Of a DNA stretch of 28,990 bases, positions 27,407 to 28,990 are shown piece by piece (position 1 is the stretch's first letter; every line of letters starts with the position of its first letter). Made by a program: the position numbers and the translations under genes. The notes below the pieces were generated by a model. It saw only the letters and a program-made list of their open reading frames with translations, searched no databases and was not told the origin of the DNA. The DNA is from a virus (lineage: Duplodnaviria; Caudoviricetes): IMG/VR virus record IMGVR_UViG_3300043690_000019, positions 1 to 28,990 of that record; one strand, given 5' to 3'.

Positions 27407-27673
27407 CTAGTAGTCGGGTCCGTCGTAGAAGCCGCGGACTTCGTTTGCATATCCGATGGGGTCATTGACTCGCACGCAGGACTCGCAAACGTAGTGATTG
27501 CGTGCTTTATAGGCGGAAATGGGACCGCCGCACTGTGGGCATTTTGGGCCAGTGTAGGGCGCGTCCGGCTGGGCGCAACCTTTGCACATTCCGTTGTGCT
27601 GACGGGCGTAACTCTTGCTGGTTGTCGATCCGCATTGATTGCACTGAGTACAGAATTGCTGGTAGTGCGGCAT
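27407..27673 (-). CDS. Zinc-finger protein with multiple CxxC pairs
   Basis: GGAGG RBS; CNQC, CKGC, CPQC, CESC. Confidence 0.75.
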   Translation of the reverse strand: MPHYQQFCTQCNQCGSTTSKSYARQHNGMCKGCAQPDAPYTGPKCPQCGGPISAYKARNHYVCESCVRVNDPIGYANEVRGFYDGPDY

Positions 27674-27689
27674 TGTTGATTCCTCCGAG

Positions 27690-27899
27690 TTACCGCGAAA
27701 ATCCTTTCTTGTGATAGCTGATTGATGTTCCGTAATAGGCTCCGTCGTTCGTCTCTTCAGTTTCGAACGAGATTGCAGAGCCATCGTCAAAAGTGATTAC
27801 AGGACGATGCGAAGGCGACGTACTATTGCGCTCTCCGGCCAAAGTGTTCATATTCACCTGTGCGACTCGCTTGCCGACAATCCAGCGCGGATTAAACAT
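27690..27899 (-). CDS. Hypothetical protein
   Basis: AAGGA RBS; starts MFNPRWIVGK. Confidence 0.65.
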   Translation of the reverse strand: MFNPRWIVGKRVAQVNMNTLAGERNSTSPSHRPVITFDDGSAISFETEETNDGAYYGTSISYHKKGFSR

Positions 27900-28329
27900 T
27901 TTGCGATTCCTTAATCGCGCTGCCGTCGGCGCACAGTGGATAGCCATGCAATCCGCCATCAAATAGCGCCTTGGCGCAAACGCGACAGGTAGAAGCGTGA
28001 GTCTCTAGCGCATCGGGCTCCGAAGCTTCTTCAATCGGCTGAGTTTTCTTGAATCCGTTCGCCTTGTAATCGTCAATCCACTGCCAGCCGTGGGGATTGC
28101 CGAAATAACCAGAAAAGCCGTTTCCGGTTTCGTATCCTCCGAAGCGCTTGCCGGTTGGGGAAATCAGGTAGTAAGCCGGATACCAAGCAGGACCGACGCG
28201 CGCTGGCAGTGGGTACTGGCGCTCACAATGGAACGTCCATCCATTCGGTAGGCTTTCTTTGTAGTTTGCTGCCGTCTTGAGGGCTTTCCAGCCACGACTG
28301 CAAGCTTGGCGTAATTGTTGGCGTTTCAT
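27892..28329 (-). CDS. Hypothetical protein
   Basis: GGAGGAG RBS before MKRQQ; C-terminal Cys/His cluster. Confidence 0.7.
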   Translation of the reverse strand: MKRQQLRQACSRGWKALKTAANYKESLPNGWTFHCERQYPLPARVGPAWYPAYYLISPTGKRFGGYETGNGFSGYFGNPHGWQWIDDYKANGFKKTQPIEEASEPDALETHASTCRVCAKALFDGGLHGYPLCADGSAIKESQNV

Positions 28330-28360
28330 ATTCTCCTCCGCGCGGAGATTTCGGCAAAAC

Positions 28361-28376
28361 AAGGGGGAAGGCTTTT
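28361..28376. repeat. 16-bp intergenic repeat, copy 2
   Basis: aagggggaaggctttt, identical to 26852-26867. Confidence 0.85.
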
Positions 28377-28381
28377 TCCAG

Positions 28382-28873
28382 CTAATCGACTACATGAGCA
28401 CTGCAATATTCCTGACCGGGAACGCAGGAGCGGCCACAGAGCCGACTATGCAAAACGCGGCCATCAAAAACGGCTTGGCAGGTCATTTCTGAGAATTTGG
28501 TATTGCGGCGATTCGGCCACGGGCACATTGACAGGGCTGCAGTGTGCTCCGCGTATGGCTTATGGCAGTGGCGGCAGAGACGCGCGTCCCGCTCCTGCTT
28601 CAATTGATTCGCGACGGCCAAAACGTAATCGGCCTTCGCCATCAGGTCTTGAATGCAAGAGCCGGAGAACTGCGGACGCGGAACGGCTGGCCGGAAGAAA
28701 CGATTCGCCGCGCGCCGGACGTACCGCCCAATTACGCGGGTTGCTTGGCTGCGATTCCGGTAGAAGCTTGAATGCTGGCCGGGAATCTCTAAGCGAAACA
28801 GGTCGTACTTCGCTTCGTAGAATATTTCAGGAAGTTTGTTGCTCTGAGTTTCTGAGGTTTTGCTAAGTGTCAT
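28382..28873 (-). CDS. Hypothetical Cys/His-rich protein, first gene after the att site
   Basis: ATG at 28873; CRHC...H...C and CQA...C...YCSAH motifs; weak RBS. Confidence 0.55.
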   Translation of the reverse strand: MTLSKTSETQSNKLPEIFYEAKYDLFRLEIPGQHSSFYRNRSQATRVIGRYVRRAANRFFRPAVPRPQFSGSCIQDLMAKADYVLAVANQLKQERDARLCRHCHKPYAEHTAALSMCPWPNRRNTKFSEMTCQAVFDGRVLHSRLCGRSCVPGQEYCSAHVVD

Positions 28874-28875
28874 AT

Positions 28876-28896
28876 CCGTCACGCTTTCCGTGACGG
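28876..28896. promoter_or_regulatory. Perfect hairpin downstream of the tRNA fragment
   Basis: ccgtcacg-ctttc-cgtgacgg; no U-tract on the minus strand. Confidence 0.5.
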
Positions 28897-28906
28897 CTTT
28901 AGAAGA

Positions 28907-28951
28907 TGGTGAGCGCGGAAGGAATCGAACCTTCAACCTACTGATTAAGAG
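28907..28951 (-). other. attP-like core: 3' half of tRNA-Lys(CTT), anticodon loop to CCA
   Basis: Minus strand CTCTTAA TCAGT AGGTT GAAGG TTCGATT CCTTC CGCGCTC ACCA; no contiguous 5' half; phage genes lie downstream. Confidence 0.8.
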
Positions 28952-28990
28952 GGAGTAGGTCTTTCGATGCCATCAGTTGCTCAGAATTCT

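Larger units (their letters stand above)
1..28990. mobile_element. Partial genome of a temperate P22-like podophage (late operon, convergent early operon, attP-like site)
   Basis: Gene order portal-scaffold-coat-gp4-gp10-ejection proteins-tailspikes-lysis; Erf; tRNA 3' fragment; no host housekeeping genes seen. Confidence 0.93.

Noticed and set aside
404-28866. Many short nested or antisense ORFs in the track
   Set aside because: They are shadows of better supported genes and lack RBS, coupling or motifs
28874-28936. N-terminal extension of the 184-aa minus-strand ORF
   Set aside because: It runs through the tRNA fragment and hairpin; ATG at 28873 is the more plausible start
28907-28990. 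Complete functional tRNA-Lys gene, with or without an intron
   Set aside because: The anticodon arm is interrupted, and the bases before GAGC (AGAATTCT) lack the D-loop GG; the window ends before more can be checked
1-28990. CRISPR array, diversity-generating retroelement, integrase, repressor or replication genes
   Set aside because: No periodic repeats, reverse transcriptase or matching motifs were seen; integrase and control genes presumably lie outside the window

Overview
The whole window is phage DNA from a temperate, P22-like short-tailed phage. The + strand (1-18731) is a late operon: portal C-terminus, a large inserted protein, scaffold, P22-type coat, a putative decoration protein, gp4- and gp10-like tail hub proteins, three DNA-ejection proteins, two tail fibre/tailspike proteins, and a lysis cassette ending in an intrinsic terminator. 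The - strand (28873 down to 18772) is a convergent operon of small early/accessory genes, including Erf, HNH-like, DUF4326, DUF551-like and Acb2/Tad1-like proteins. It begins just downstream of an attP-like 3' half of tRNA-Lys(CTT). The main signal is that the four presumed outer virion proteins (1149-aa insert, decoration protein, tail fibre, tailspike) all have N-terminal Sec-type signal peptides predicted to cleave before Gln and are rich in paired cysteines, while the core capsid, hub and ejection proteins have no signal peptide. This suggests export, oxidative folding and late assembly of virion appendages outside the cytoplasm. The lysis cassette is also atypical: a Tlde1/DUF2778 L,D-transpeptidase-fold enzyme, a holin, and a predicted outer-membrane beta-barrel where spanins usually lie. 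All family calls come from motif recognition by eye and gene order, not from database searches.
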